Assembly: GCA_050916045.1 (NCBI GenBank)
Contig: CP051526.1
Span: 480,001 to 544,000 of the forward strand
From: Tepidisphaera sp.
GTDB taxonomy: Bacteria; Planctomycetota; Phycisphaerae; Phycisphaerales; UBA1924
Direction: 5' to 3'
DNA length: 64,000 bases
Shown: positions 1 to 10,620 of the stretch, one piece after another
Position numbering within the stretch: the stretch's first letter is position 1
How the letters are laid out: every line of letters begins with the position of its first letter
Notes under the pieces: model-generated
Told to the model about the DNA's origin: nothing
Databases searched by the model: none
Seen by the model: the letters and a program-made list of their open reading frames with translations, nothing else
Program-made: the position numbers and the translations under genes

Positions 1-5
1 AGACC

Positions 6-293
6 ATGGGCCGGCACGACTGGGCCGAGATCACGTCCGTGGAATGGAATGCGCCGGACGCGCAGCGCGACGGCCCGGGGGCGCCGCCGAGCGTGACGGT
101 CCGTGCGACGGTCTGGCGGAGAGCGTTCATCGACGGGAACAAGCCGCAGTCGACGGTTCCGTGCTTCGCGGTCCCGCTTGAGACCGCCGGGCTTCCGCCG
201 GTCGCCGAGTGCGCGAAAGTGATCCGGGTGAACGTCGTCTGGACCGAGGGCGTCGACAATCCGCGCGGCGCGGTGTATCAGAGCGGACGCTGA
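6..293 (+). CDS. Hypothetical protein, probably the 3' end of a gene starting before the window
   Basis: Open frame ending TGA at 291-293, convergent with the MFS gene; no motif recognised. Confidence 0.45.
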   Translation: MGRHDWAEITSVEWNAPDAQRDGPGAPPSVTVRATVWRRAFIDGNKPQSTVPCFAVPLETAGLPPVAECAKVIRVNVVWTEGVDNPRGAVYQSGR

Positions 294-299
294 CCGCTT

Positions 300-1844
300 T
301 CAGTGTTCGTCGAGCATGTTGACGTTGCGTCGTTCCTTGAGCATCGTCGCGCCGATGATGACCGTCAGCGCGGCGATGCTCATCGGGTACCAGAGCCCGG
401 CGAACTTGTTCCCGGTCGCTTGCACGAGGTACTGCGCCGTGAAGGGCACGAGGCCTCCGAAGACGCCGTTGCCGATGTGGTACGGCAAGCTCATGGAGGT
501 GTACCGGATCCGCGTGGGGAAGAGCTCGACGAGGAATGCGGCGATGGGCCCGTAGACCATGGTGACGAAGATCACCTGGATGAAGACAAGCCCGATCAGC
601 TTGAGCGCCGGTGGGCTTGTGATGCTCGGGAAGGTGATCTGGTGGGTGATGACGGGCTTGGGAGCCGGATCCGTCGCGGTCGGCGTGGGGGACAGCGTCT
701 TGACGATGTCGACGGTGCCGTCGGCGTACGTGTTGCGGACCGAAGCGATGGGACCGGACTTCGTCGCCGTTGGTGCAAGGGTCTCCGTGGCTGTGAGCGA
801 GAAGCGGGCGGGGTCGGAAACGTCGGCGATGCGGACCTTCGCCCCGTATATCGGGTAGTACGAAGCGATGGCGACCACGCAGCCGACGAGGATGATCCAT
901 TTGCGGCCGATGCGGTCGGAGAGAGCGCCGAAGACGATGAAGAACGGTGTCGCGAGGACCAGAGCGATACCGACGAGGATCTCAGCTTGCATGGCCTCGA
1001 TGCCGAGGGTCACTTTCATGAAGTTCATCGCGTAGAACTGACCGGTATACCAGACGACGCCCTGGCCGGCGGTGGCGCCGAAGAGCGCGAGCAGGACGAG
1101 CTTGCGGTTGGCCGGGTTGACGAAGCTCTCCTTGAGGGGATTCTTGGTGCCCTTGCCGGATGCTTTCATGCGTTGGAAGAGCGGCGACTCGTTCATCCGG
1201 CGGCGGATGTAGTACGAGAAGAGCACCAGCAGCATCGAGACCCAGAAGGGGATCCGCCAGCCCCATGCCGCGAACTGCTCCGGCGTCAGGAGGGTGCGGC
1301 AGGCGATGATGACCGCAAGCGAGAGGAACAAACCAAGCGTGGCGGTCGTCTGGATCCAGCTTGTCCAGTACCCGCGCTTGCCGTCGGGGCAGTGCTCGGC
1401 GACGTACGTGGCCGCTCCGCCGTACTCGCCGCCCAGCGCGAGCCCCTGCAGCAGTCGGAGGATGACGAGGATGACCGGCGCCGCCCAGCCGATGGTGGCA
1501 AAGCCCGGCAGGATGCCGATGGCGAAGGTTGCTCCGCCCATGAGGAGCAGGGTGACCATGAACGTGTGCTTGCGGCCGATGACGTCGCCCAGCGCCCCGA
1601 AGATCAGGGCGCCAAAGGGCCGGACAACGAACCCGATGGCGAACGTGGCGAGCGTCGAGAGCAGGGCTGTCGCGTCGCTTGAACCGGGAAAGAAGACCGT
1701 TGCGATCGTGGTGGCGAGGGCTCCGAAGATGTAGAAGTCGTACCACTCGATGAGCGTGCCGGCGGAGGAAGCTCCGACGATCGACCAGAGGCTTCGGGGC
1801 GGCTCAATCTTGGGAGCGGAGGAGGCGGGGGCAGATTCGGTCAT
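300..1844 (-). CDS. MFS transporter (metabolite:H+ symporter type)
   Basis: GTLIEWYDFYIF, GDVIGRK, QGLALGGEYGGA, WGWRIPF, ELFPTRIRYT motifs; start re-assigned to ATG at 1844 (MTESAP), the upstream part of the 1378-aa ORF being antisense to the GH13 gene. Confidence 0.93.
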   Translation of the reverse strand: MTESAPASSAPKIEPPRSLWSIVGASSAGTLIEWYDFYIFGALATTIATVFFPGSSDATALLSTLATFAIGFVVRPFGALIFGALGDVIGRKHTFMVTLLLMGGATFAIGILPGFATIGWAAPVILVILRLLQGLALGGEYGGAATYVAEHCPDGKRGYWTSWIQTTATLGLFLSLAVIIACRTLLTPEQFAAWGWRIPFWVSMLLVLFSYYIRRRMNESPLFQRMKASGKGTKNPLKESFVNPANRKLVLLALFGATAGQGVVWYTGQFYAMNFMKVTLGIEAMQAEILVGIALVLATPFFIVFGALSDRIGRKWIILVGCVVAIASYYPIYGAKVRIADVSDPARFSLTATETLAPTATKSGPIASVRNTYADGTVDIVKTLSPTPTATDPAPKPVITHQITFPSITSPPALKLIGLVFIQVIFVTMVYGPIAAFLVELFPTRIRYTSMSLPYHIGNGVFGGLVPFTAQYLVQATGNKFAGLWYPMSIAALTVIIGATMLKERRNVNMLDEH

Positions 1845-2297
1845 GGAGCGGAGCTTACCGGAATCGGTCGATTGCCTCCCGAGCGGGCGAAAGTCGCTCG
1901 TGCGAGCCCGGAAAGCGCTCCGCTCGGAGATGCGACGCCCCCGACCGACGCTCTGGTGATCGGTGGCGACGCGGCGAAGGACCGAGAAGGGCTTTTGAGA
2001 CCGTGCAACCAATCGGTCGCCGCTCCGAACGGGTGCGGCAACGAATGGCGACGCATGGGCTCTGCATGCATTGGCACGTTGTTGTGCATGCGTCGGCGAG
2101 GCACGCGCAAGAAGTGCGAACCGAGCGAGCGAGAAACGTTCCGGAATGTTTCGAGATCTCAATCGCGCAGGTTTCCTGTGGAAAACTCGCAGAATTCTGC
2201 ATCGTCTCAAGAACGTTCCATGGACACGGCGCGAGGATCTGGTAGCTTGACGCTCGCATGCCGCGTCTGGCATCGCTTGTTCCCTGGAGCACGCAAC

Positions 2298-4703
2298 ATG
2301 ATGAATCGTGGACACGGTCGTTGGCCCGGTGGCGGAGCGGTTCGGCGTTTTGTCGCGAGCAGCGGAGCGTTTCTCGCGCTCGCCGGTTCGGCGCTGCTGA
2401 GCGTCGGGAGCGCATGGGCGCAGTCGACGCGGCCCGGGATGGGCGCGGTGCGGTACTCCGACAGCGGTGGTGGAACGATGTTCCGCGTCTGGGCTCCCAA
2501 CGCGACCGCGGTCGCCGTGGCCGGCGATTTCAACGCGTGGAACGGCACCAGCCTGCCGCTCACCAGCGAGGGGAACGGCAACTGGTCTCGCGACGTCGCC
2601 GGCGCGACGGAGGGGCAGCAGTACAAGTACGTCATCACCAACGGCACCACGGCGTGGAAGAACGATTCGCGAGCCCGTCAGCTGACCAATAGCACCGGCA
2701 ACAGCATCATCCGCGGCGACACCTTTGACTGGTCGGTCTACGGCAACTCGGTCACGATCTTCACCGACGGGTTCGAGGGCGCGACCTTCAACGCCGCCTG
2801 GACGCGGACGGGCACCAGCACGTGGCGGATCGCCCAGTCCACGACGTACAAAGCCAGCGGCACCAAGGGCTGCACGTTCGACAGCTCCGCTTCGAGCACC
2901 TACGAGACGAGCCAGCTCACCACCACGGTCAACGCCACCAACTACGGGGCTCTTACGCTGACCTACAGCGTCCGCAACGTCGGCGAGGAAGTGCACACGC
3001 AGGACGGTGTGTTCATCTCCAACAACGGCACGACGTGGACGAAGGTTGACTCCTACCCGGCGATCTCGGCGAGCTTCTCGACGCGGGTCGTCAACCTCTC
3101 TTCCGCCGCGGCGGCCGCGGGGATCACGCCCGGCTCGACGTTCCGCGTCCGGTTCCAGCAGTACGACAATTCGCCGCTTCCCTCCGACGGCCTCGCGATC
3201 GATGATGTCACGATCGCGGGCAAGCTCAAGAGCCCGTCGTTCACGACGCCGGCGTGGAACGAGATGGTCATCTACGAGATGCACGTGGGCACGCTCAACG
3301 ACGTCGCGGGCGGCACGCCGGGCACGTTCGATACGGCGATCGCCAAGCTCGACTACCTCCAGGGGATGGGCGTTAACGCCGTCAAGGTGATGCCGGTCTG
3401 TGAGTTCGCCGGTGACTTCTCCTGGGGGTATAACCCGGGCCACCCCTTCGCCGTCGAGTCGATCTACGGCGGGATGAACAACTACAAGAAGTTCATCAAC
3501 GAAGCCCACGCCCGCGGGATCGCGGTGATCCAGGACGTCGTCTACAACCACCTTGGGCCCAGCGATCTTGACATGTGGCGGTTCGACGGCTGGTACCAGA
3601 ACAACCTCGGCGGCGTCTACTTCTTCCAGGATTGGCGTGCTTCGACGCCCTGGGGCGATACGCGTCCGGACTACGGTCGCGGCGAGGTCCGGTCGTTCCT
3701 GCGGGACAACGCGATGATGTGGCTTCAGGAGTTCCGGGCCGACGGCCTGCGCTGGGACTCGACGGTCAATATTCGCACTCAGAACAACGGCGGCGGCGGC
3801 GACATCGCCGACGGCTGGACGCTGATGCAGTACATCAACAACGAGATCAACGCCAACGTCGGCTGGAAGATCTCGATCGCCGAAGACCTGCAAGCCAACG
3901 ACTGGCTCACCAAGACCACCGGCGCGGGCGGCGCCGGGTTTGACAGCCAGTGGGACTCGCGGTTCGTCCATCCGATCCGCGCCGCGGTCATCAACGGGAG
4001 CGACGCTTCCCGCGACATGTGGGCCGTCAAGGGCGCGATCGAGTCCCTGTACAACGCCGACGCCGTCCAACGCGTCATCTACACCGAAAGCCACGACGAG
4101 GTCAACAACGGCCACTCCCGCGTCCCCGAAGAGATTTGGCCCGGCAACGCCGGGAGCTGGGCGAGCAAGAAGCGGTCCACCCTGGGTGCCGGCCTCGTGA
4201 TGACGAGCCCGGGCGTGCCGATGATCTTCCAGGGGCAGGAGATCCTCGAGGACGGGTTCTGGGCCGACACCGACCCGATCGACTGGACCAAGCTCACGAC
4301 CTACGCGGGCATCCAGACGATGTATCGCGACCTGATCCGCCTGCGCCGCAACTGGTACGACACGACCCGCGGCTTGCGCGGCAACAACACGAATGTTCAC
4401 CACGTGAACAACACCAACAAGGTGATCGGGTTCCACCGCTGGCAGAACGGCGGCGCGAAGGACGACGTGATCGTCATCGCGAACTTCGCGAACACCTCGT
4501 ACGCGAGCTACAACATCGGCTTCCCCCGCGGCGGCACATGGAAGGTGCGCTTCAACAGCGACTGGAACGGGTACTCCGGCGACTTCGGCAACACCAACAG
4601 CTACGACACGACGGCCAACGCCGGTGCCAAGGATGGCATGAGCTTCAACGGCAACGTCGGGATCGGGCCGTACACGGTGATCATCCTGTCCCAGGACAAT
4701 TAA
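2298..4703 (+). CDS. Secreted GH13 alpha-amylase-family enzyme (branching enzyme/TreZ-like) with CBM48 and an inserted beta-sandwich domain
   Basis: GGAG RBS before ATG 2298; signal peptide ending AWA-Q; FRVWAPNA..VAGDFNAW (CBM48); IYEMHVGT, WGYNP, DVVYNH, DGLRWD, IAED, YTESHDEV catalytic regions. Confidence 0.9.
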   Translation: MMNRGHGRWPGGGAVRRFVASSGAFLALAGSALLSVGSAWAQSTRPGMGAVRYSDSGGGTMFRVWAPNATAVAVAGDFNAWNGTSLPLTSEGNGNWSRDVAGATEGQQYKYVITNGTTAWKNDSRARQLTNSTGNSIIRGDTFDWSVYGNSVTIFTDGFEGATFNAAWTRTGTSTWRIAQSTTYKASGTKGCTFDSSASSTYETSQLTTTVNATNYGALTLTYSVRNVGEEVHTQDGVFISNNGTTWTKVDSYPAISASFSTRVVNLSSAAAAAGITPGSTFRVRFQQYDNSPLPSDGLAIDDVTIAGKLKSPSFTTPAWNEMVIYEMHVGTLNDVAGGTPGTFDTAIAKLDYLQGMGVNAVKVMPVCEFAGDFSWGYNPGHPFAVESIYGGMNNYKKFINEAHARGIAVIQDVVYNHLGPSDLDMWRFDGWYQNNLGGVYFFQDWRASTPWGDTRPDYGRGEVRSFLRDNAMMWLQEFRADGLRWDSTVNIRTQNNGGGGDIADGWTLMQYINNEINANVGWKISIAEDLQANDWLTKTTGAGGAGFDSQWDSRFVHPIRAAVINGSDASRDMWAVKGAIESLYNADAVQRVIYTESHDEVNNGHSRVPEEIWPGNAGSWASKKRSTLGAGLVMTSPGVPMIFQGQEILEDGFWADTDPIDWTKLTTYAGIQTMYRDLIRLRRNWYDTTRGLRGNNTNVHHVNNTNKVIGFHRWQNGGAKDDVIVIANFANTSYASYNIGFPRGGTWKVRFNSDWNGYSGDFGNTNSYDTTANAGAKDGMSFNGNVGIGPYTVIILSQDN

Positions 4704-4931
4704 GAGACCTCCGGAGCCCCGAGCTTCAGCAAGCGGGTCCCTTCGACATCGCAGAGCCTTCCTGCAAGGGCGGAACGCGGAAAGCGCTCCGCCCTTGTCA
4801 TTGGCCGGCTCAACGGCTGATAACCCGCGATCAGCAGCGCCGTCGCCGGCAAAGCGTGACGCCCGCGGGCAGAGTCGCGGATCTCTTGGGTTTCAGGTGC
4901 AGTTGGCCCGGCATCCGTCCGATGCGCCGAT

Positions 4932-5414
4932 ATGAGCACTGAGCCCTATTCGCAGGAAGGCATGGCTTGCATCCCAAACACGGTTTCCGCGATCATGACG
5001 CGGCATGTGGTGACGGTCGGCATGGACACCAAGCTGCGAGCGGTGCGGCAGCTCTTTGAGCTTCATCGAATCCATCACCTCCCGGTGATCGAGGGTGGCT
5101 TCGTGATAGGGATCGTCTCCGACCGCGACCTGCTGCTCGCCCTTTCCCCCTCAGTTGATGCTCCCGCCGCGACCGCCCGCGACCTCGCGACGCTCGACAA
5201 GCACGTCCACCAGATCATGCATCGCGGCGTCGTCACGATCAGCCCGCTCGCTTCGATCACGCAAGCCGGCCAGATCATGCTCGCCCAGCGGATCTCCGCG
5301 CTCCCCGTGGTCGAGGGCGAAGAGGGCGCGAAGCGCTGCGTCGGCATCGTCACCAGCCGCGACTTCATGAAGTGGTGCCTGCAGGCGGGATGTCCGACGG
5401 CGAAGGTCGCCTAA
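4932..5414 (+). CDS. CBS-domain pair protein (start may be 4962)
   Basis: IHHLPVIE..GIVSDRDLL and ISALPVVE..GIVTSRDF CBS motifs. Confidence 0.85.
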   Translation: MSTEPYSQEGMACIPNTVSAIMTRHVVTVGMDTKLRAVRQLFELHRIHHLPVIEGGFVIGIVSDRDLLLALSPSVDAPAATARDLATLDKHVHQIMHRGVVTISPLASITQAGQIMLAQRISALPVVEGEEGAKRCVGIVTSRDFMKWCLQAGCPTAKVA

Positions 5415-5417
5415 GCA

Positions 5418-7223
5418 TCAATCGTCGAAGTACGTCTCGGCGTCGTCCGCGAACTGTGCCAGTTCTTCCGGCGAAAGCTCGCGGTCGATGAGGTCGTCGG
5501 TGCGGGCGTCGGGCGTCGCGCCGGCTTTGGCCATCTTCTTCTGCCAGACGCCGGCGTTCTTGTCGGGGACCGGCGCGAGGTGCATGTGCTTGCCCTTCTT
5601 GCGCTGGACACCCTCGCGGGTCTCGACCATCGCTTCGGGGTCCATCGGGATGTCGTCCTCGCGCTGGCGACGTGCCCGAACCACGATCCGCATCGGGACC
5701 TCGACGAACGGAAGCTCCTCGCGGAACCGGTTCATCAGGAACCGCAGGAACCCCGGACGGAAAAGCTCCGGATGGTTCACGACAAGCGTGATCGTGGGCG
5801 GGCTGTGCCACGTCTGGGCGACGTAAAGCACCTTCGCGTGCGTCCCCTTCGTGTCCGTCGGGGCGCTCTTCTCCATGATCTTGCGCACGATCCGGTTCAG
5901 CTTGCCCGTCGTCACGCGTTCGGCCGCCTGCTCCTTGAGGTCCATCGCGAGCTTGAGCGTCTGCTTGACGTTCCGCCCGCTTTTGCCTGAGATGAACGCG
6001 ATCGGAGCGTACGTGAGGCCGCCGAGCTCCTTGCGGAGGTAGTCCTCGTAGTCGCCGGTCACGACGGGCAAGCCCTTCTTGTTCGGCTTGCCCTCCGCCA
6101 GGTCCCACTTGCTCACGACGATGATCGTCGGCTTGTAGCCTTTCTGACAGAGCATCGCGACCTGCTCATCGACCTGGCTCACCTTCTCGGTGGCGTCGAT
6201 CATGAGGAGGACGACATCGGCCCGTTCGATGGCCCGCTGAACGCGGTCGAAAGCGAAGTGCTCGACCATGCTCTGGAAGCTCTTGGCGCGGCGGACGCCG
6301 GCGGTGTCGATCGCGAGCACGCTCTTGCGAATGGGCTTGCCATCCTCGCCCGTGCCCATGTCCATATCGAAGTGGACGTCGATGGCGTCGCGCGTGGTGC
6401 CGGCGATTTCGGAGACGATGACACGCGGCTCACCCGCGAGAGTGTTGATGAGGGTGCTCTTGCCGGCGTTGCGTTTGCCGACGATGGCGATCTTGAGGTC
6501 GGCCTGGGCTTCGAGATGTTTGCTCGGGATGGGAAGCATGTCGAAGATGCGGTCCATGAACTCGCGGCGCATGTAGTTGTTCTTGGCGGAGACGACGATG
6601 GGTTCGCCGAAACCCAAGCCCGCGGCTTCGGCCGCGTGGGCTTCCCACTTGGGGCCGTCGGTCTTGTTGGTGACGACTTGGATGGGCGGGATCTTGAACC
6701 CTGCGGCTTTCTTGCCGGCTTTCTTGGTCGTCTTCTTGGTGCCCTTGGCGTCGGGGTCGGCTTCGGGGACGTTTTTCTTGGTGGTCTGCTTGTGCTGGGG
6801 CCCGAGCTTGCCCTCGCGGAGGAGCTTGGCGATGGCTTCATCCTGCGGGGTCACGCCGGACTGGGCGTCGAGGACGAAGAGGACCAGGTCCGCGCCATGG
6901 ACGGCTTCGGCGATCTGGAACTCAATCGAGTTGGTGAGCGTGTGAAGGTCGGCGCCGACCTCGTCGAAGCGTTCGCCCGGGGCGGTGTACGCGCCGAACC
7001 CGCCGGTGTCGACGAACTCGACCGTCTTGGGCTTGTCGTCGCGGTCGTTGCGATCGCCCTTGAACTTGACGGGAGGGTCAAGCACAACGATGGCGGAGAC
7101 GCGGTCCCGCGTCACGCCTGGGGTGGGATCGACGATGGAGACCTTCGCCCCCGCGATCATGTTCATGATGGAGGACTTGCCGACGTTGGGTCGGCCGACG
7201 ATAGCAACACGAGGAATAGGCAC
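5418..7223 (-). CDS. der: Ribosome biogenesis GTPase Der (EngA)
   Basis: Two G domains (GRPNVGKSS/GVTRD/DTGG/NKTD and GKRNAGKST/GTTRD/DTAG/SKWD) plus KH-like C-terminus; GTG start at 7223 inferred. Confidence 0.93.
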   Translation of the reverse strand: MPIPRVAIVGRPNVGKSSIMNMIAGAKVSIVDPTPGVTRDRVSAIVVLDPPVKFKGDRNDRDDKPKTVEFVDTGGFGAYTAPGERFDEVGADLHTLTNSIEFQIAEAVHGADLVLFVLDAQSGVTPQDEAIAKLLREGKLGPQHKQTTKKNVPEADPDAKGTKKTTKKAGKKAAGFKIPPIQVVTNKTDGPKWEAHAAEAAGLGFGEPIVVSAKNNYMRREFMDRIFDMLPIPSKHLEAQADLKIAIVGKRNAGKSTLINTLAGEPRVIVSEIAGTTRDAIDVHFDMDMGTGEDGKPIRKSVLAIDTAGVRRAKSFQSMVEHFAFDRVQRAIERADVVLLMIDATEKVSQVDEQVAMLCQKGYKPTIIVVSKWDLAEGKPNKKGLPVVTGDYEDYLRKELGGLTYAPIAFISGKSGRNVKQTLKLAMDLKEQAAERVTTGKLNRIVRKIMEKSAPTDTKGTHAKVLYVAQTWHSPPTITLVVNHPELFRPGFLRFLMNRFREELPFVEVPMRIVVRARRQREDDIPMDPEAMVETREGVQRKKGKHMHLAPVPDKNAGVWQKKMAKAGATPDARTDDLIDRELSPEELAQFADDAETYFDD

Positions 7224-7252
7224 GAAGCAAGGGTAGGGGGGCTGGCCGCCGT

Positions 7253-8461
7253 TTACTTGCCCTCGATCTTCACCGAAACAAGCTTCCGCCCCCGGATTTC
7301 TTCGCTTCCAAGCTGCCCGCACGCGCCCATCAGGTCGCGGCCCTTGGTCCGCCGACGCTTGGTGTAGACCCCCTGGTCCGTCAGCCAGAACATGAACTGA
7401 TCCACCGATTCCCATGTCGGCGCCGGCCACGGCGAGTTCCGACGCGGGTTGTACGGGATCAGGTTCACCATGCACCGCACCGAGCGGCCCTCGCGTTCGC
7501 CGCGAGCCGTCTCGTAATGCGCGTTCAGCGGCGCGATGAACTCCGCGATCTGCTTGGCGTGCTCGAACCCGTCGTTCACGCCCGGGATCAGCACGTACTC
7601 GATGCAAAGCTTGCCCCCGCCGTAGATCGGGAACCCAAGCAGCGATTCCTGCAGGGCCGCCATGTTCCACTTGCGGTTGATCGGCATGATCTCCGACCGG
7701 ATCGCGTCGTTCGGCGCGTTCAGCGACACCGCGAGGTTCAGGCGGTGCCATCCCGGCTGGTGAAGCTGCTCGCCAAGACGCTTGATCCCGTCCACGCGGC
7801 CGACCGTCGAGACCGTGATCTTCGAGATCGGCAAGCTCGGCCCGTTGTGGTCCTTGAGCACCGCGATCGCTTTGATCACGTTCTCGATGTTGTCCATGGG
7901 CTCGCCCATCCCCATGAACACGATGTTCGAGGGCCGCTGACCGATGGCGAAGGTCGCCGCGTACCACTGGGCGACGATCTCTTCGGGCGTCAGGTGGCGG
8001 ATGAGGCCCATCTGGGCCGTCTCGCAGAACCCGCAGCCCATCGCGCACCCCACCTGCGAGCTGACGCACAGGGTGTACGTCCGCACCTGCCGCTTGCCGA
8101 TCATCGGGATCAGCACGCTCTCGGTCGAGAGGTCGTCAAAGACGCGGGCGGTGTCGCCGGTGCCGACCATCGCGCCCGGGACGCGCTGGGTGAACTTCAC
8201 GACCTCACCCTCCGGGCTTGGTTCCCTCTGGAGGGTTCGGGTATCGGGCTTTACGAATCCCGGCAGGGCCTGAAGGATGCCGGACGCGTCGCCGTTTCTG
8301 AACAGAGCCCGGTAGGCTTCGAGGGCGCCCGCTTGCCCGCCCATCCCATCCAAAACGATCCGCCCCGCGGCCGCGCGGGCGAAGTCGTGGGAGGTCGTCC
8401 CGAAAGGATGGGGAACGGCATTCTCAAGCAAGGGACCCAGAGGGTAGAAGGGCTGCCCCAT
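7253..8461 (-). CDS. rlmN: 23S rRNA m2A2503 radical SAM methyltransferase RlmN
   Basis: CVSSQVGCAMGCGFC, VFMGMGEP, VSLNAPND, NLIPYNP, GACGQL; start uncertain. Confidence 0.9.
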   Translation of the reverse strand: MGQPFYPLGPLLENAVPHPFGTTSHDFARAAAGRIVLDGMGGQAGALEAYRALFRNGDASGILQALPGFVKPDTRTLQREPSPEGEVVKFTQRVPGAMVGTGDTARVFDDLSTESVLIPMIGKRQVRTYTLCVSSQVGCAMGCGFCETAQMGLIRHLTPEEIVAQWYAATFAIGQRPSNIVFMGMGEPMDNIENVIKAIAVLKDHNGPSLPISKITVSTVGRVDGIKRLGEQLHQPGWHRLNLAVSLNAPNDAIRSEIMPINRKWNMAALQESLLGFPIYGGGKLCIEYVLIPGVNDGFEHAKQIAEFIAPLNAHYETARGEREGRSVRCMVNLIPYNPRRNSPWPAPTWESVDQFMFWLTDQGVYTKRRRTKGRDLMGACGQLGSEEIRGRKLVSVKIEGK

Positions 8462-8669
8462 CGGCGACGGACGCCGCTCCCACCCCCTCCGGCTGGGTCC
8501 GGTCCCCGCCAGCATGTCACCCGGCCCGACGTCGTCCGCAAAATGTGGGATCCCACACCATGGAAGTATGTTTCATGAGGGAATCTGCTTGCTCATCCCT
8601 GTGGATCCTGTATGCTCCCCGTGGGGAGTCCCGGTGTCTCGGGCAGTGGGTTGACTTGGGAAAACGTGC

Positions 8670-9578
8670 ATGGATCGTAAACGGAGACGTTCCGCCTTTA
8701 CGTTGATCGAGTTGCTGGTGGTGATTTCCATCGTCGCCCTGCTCATCAGCTTGCTGCTCCCCGCGCTGTCGAAAGCGCGAGCGGTGGCGCAGCAGGCCAA
8801 GTGCCAGATCCACGTCAAGCAGATCGTGACCGCCGCGTACCTCTACGCTCAGGACCACAAGGAGCAGTTCTGGCCCGTCTCCGATCGGCTTACCTGGCCC
8901 AACGGCCGCCGCAACTGGCCCACGCCTCCGAACCAGCGACCGGGTGACCCGCCTCCCACGGACGTGGCGTACTGGGCCCAGCTCGTCGATCGCGTCACCC
9001 GTGATCGCAAGCCGGGTTTCCTCTTCAGCTACGTGCAGAACGCCCACAAGATCGTCGAATGCCCGACGAACAAGCGGGCCGTGCCGACGACAACTGAGTA
9101 CAACAACCTCTGGGGCGGCACCACCGGTGTGGAGTTCGACTTCACGATGCTCGACGAGGTGGAAGGGTTCCGCCTTGGAAGCTCGATCCAGGTGGGCTTC
9201 CTGCCCCCCGCGTCCAACAACGCCGCGCGGATCCTGAGCACGGCGCAGGCCCAGACCCTCACGCTGCTCCCCTCGGTCCCGCTTTTCTTCGAGGAATCAA
9301 GCTTCCGGTACAACCAGCAGTTCCGCGACGGGATGTTCGGCAACGAGGACCAGGTCGCTTCCCGCCACAACCGCTCGGGACACGTGGGCTACGTCGACGG
9401 GTCGGCTTCGCTCTTCCCCGGCTGGAACGACGGCAAGGAACAAATCGTGGACCGCACGACAGAATTTGAGTGTCTGGATCTCTACGCGACGGCAGGGTCG
9501 CGGTGGGTCTCGATTTCGGACAACGACTGGCGATTCAACGTCATTCAGGGATTCGGCTGGATCAACAACCCGAAGTAA
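8670..9578 (+). CDS. Prepilin-type N-terminal cleavage/methylation protein, DUF1559-like
   Basis: [30 protein letters not shown]-terminal H-X9-DG motif ([12 protein letters not shown]). Confidence 0.9.
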   Translation: MDRKRRRSAFTLIELLVVISIVALLISLLLPALSKARAVAQQAKCQIHVKQIVTAAYLYAQDHKEQFWPVSDRLTWPNGRRNWPTPPNQRPGDPPPTDVAYWAQLVDRVTRDRKPGFLFSYVQNAHKIVECPTNKRAVPTTTEYNNLWGGTTGVEFDFTMLDEVEGFRLGSSIQVGFLPPASNNAARILSTAQAQTLTLLPSVPLFFEESSFRYNQQFRDGMFGNEDQVASRHNRSGHVGYVDGSASLFPGWNDGKEQIVDRTTEFECLDLYATAGSRWVSISDNDWRFNVIQGFGWINNPK

Positions 9579-9612
9579 CGCCGCTCGCGGCTTTCTTGAG
9601 GAAAGTGGAACG

Positions 9613-10509
<897 letters not shown>

Positions 10510-10552
10510 GCCCGACCGGTCTGCGGCCGCCGACGACCGCGGAGACCGAAAC

Positions 10553-10600
10553 CCAAAACAGAAAGAGCCGAGGCTTTCGGGCCTCGGCTCTTGTGTTTGG
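10553..10600. terminator. Bidirectional intrinsic terminator between convergent prepilin genes
   Basis: AAGAGCCGAGGC-TTTCGG-GCCTCGGCTCTT perfect 12-bp stem with A-rich and T-rich flanks. Confidence 0.8.
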
Positions 10601-10620
10601 ATGCTTGATGGTCCGCCGGA

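Noticed and set aside
2071..2087. TTGGCACG as a sigma-54 promoter (also at ~32631)
   Set aside because: The GG-N10-GC spacing and TTGC element are not satisfied
1845..4436. N-terminal ~860 aa of the 1378-aa minus-strand ORF, suggesting a giant MFS fusion
   Set aside because: It is the antisense shadow of the GH13 gene plus intergenic DNA; MFS motifs start at 1844
7224..8069. Long N-terminal extension of the Der ORF
   Set aside because: Alternative frame overlapping rlmN; Der homology begins at the GTG at 7223
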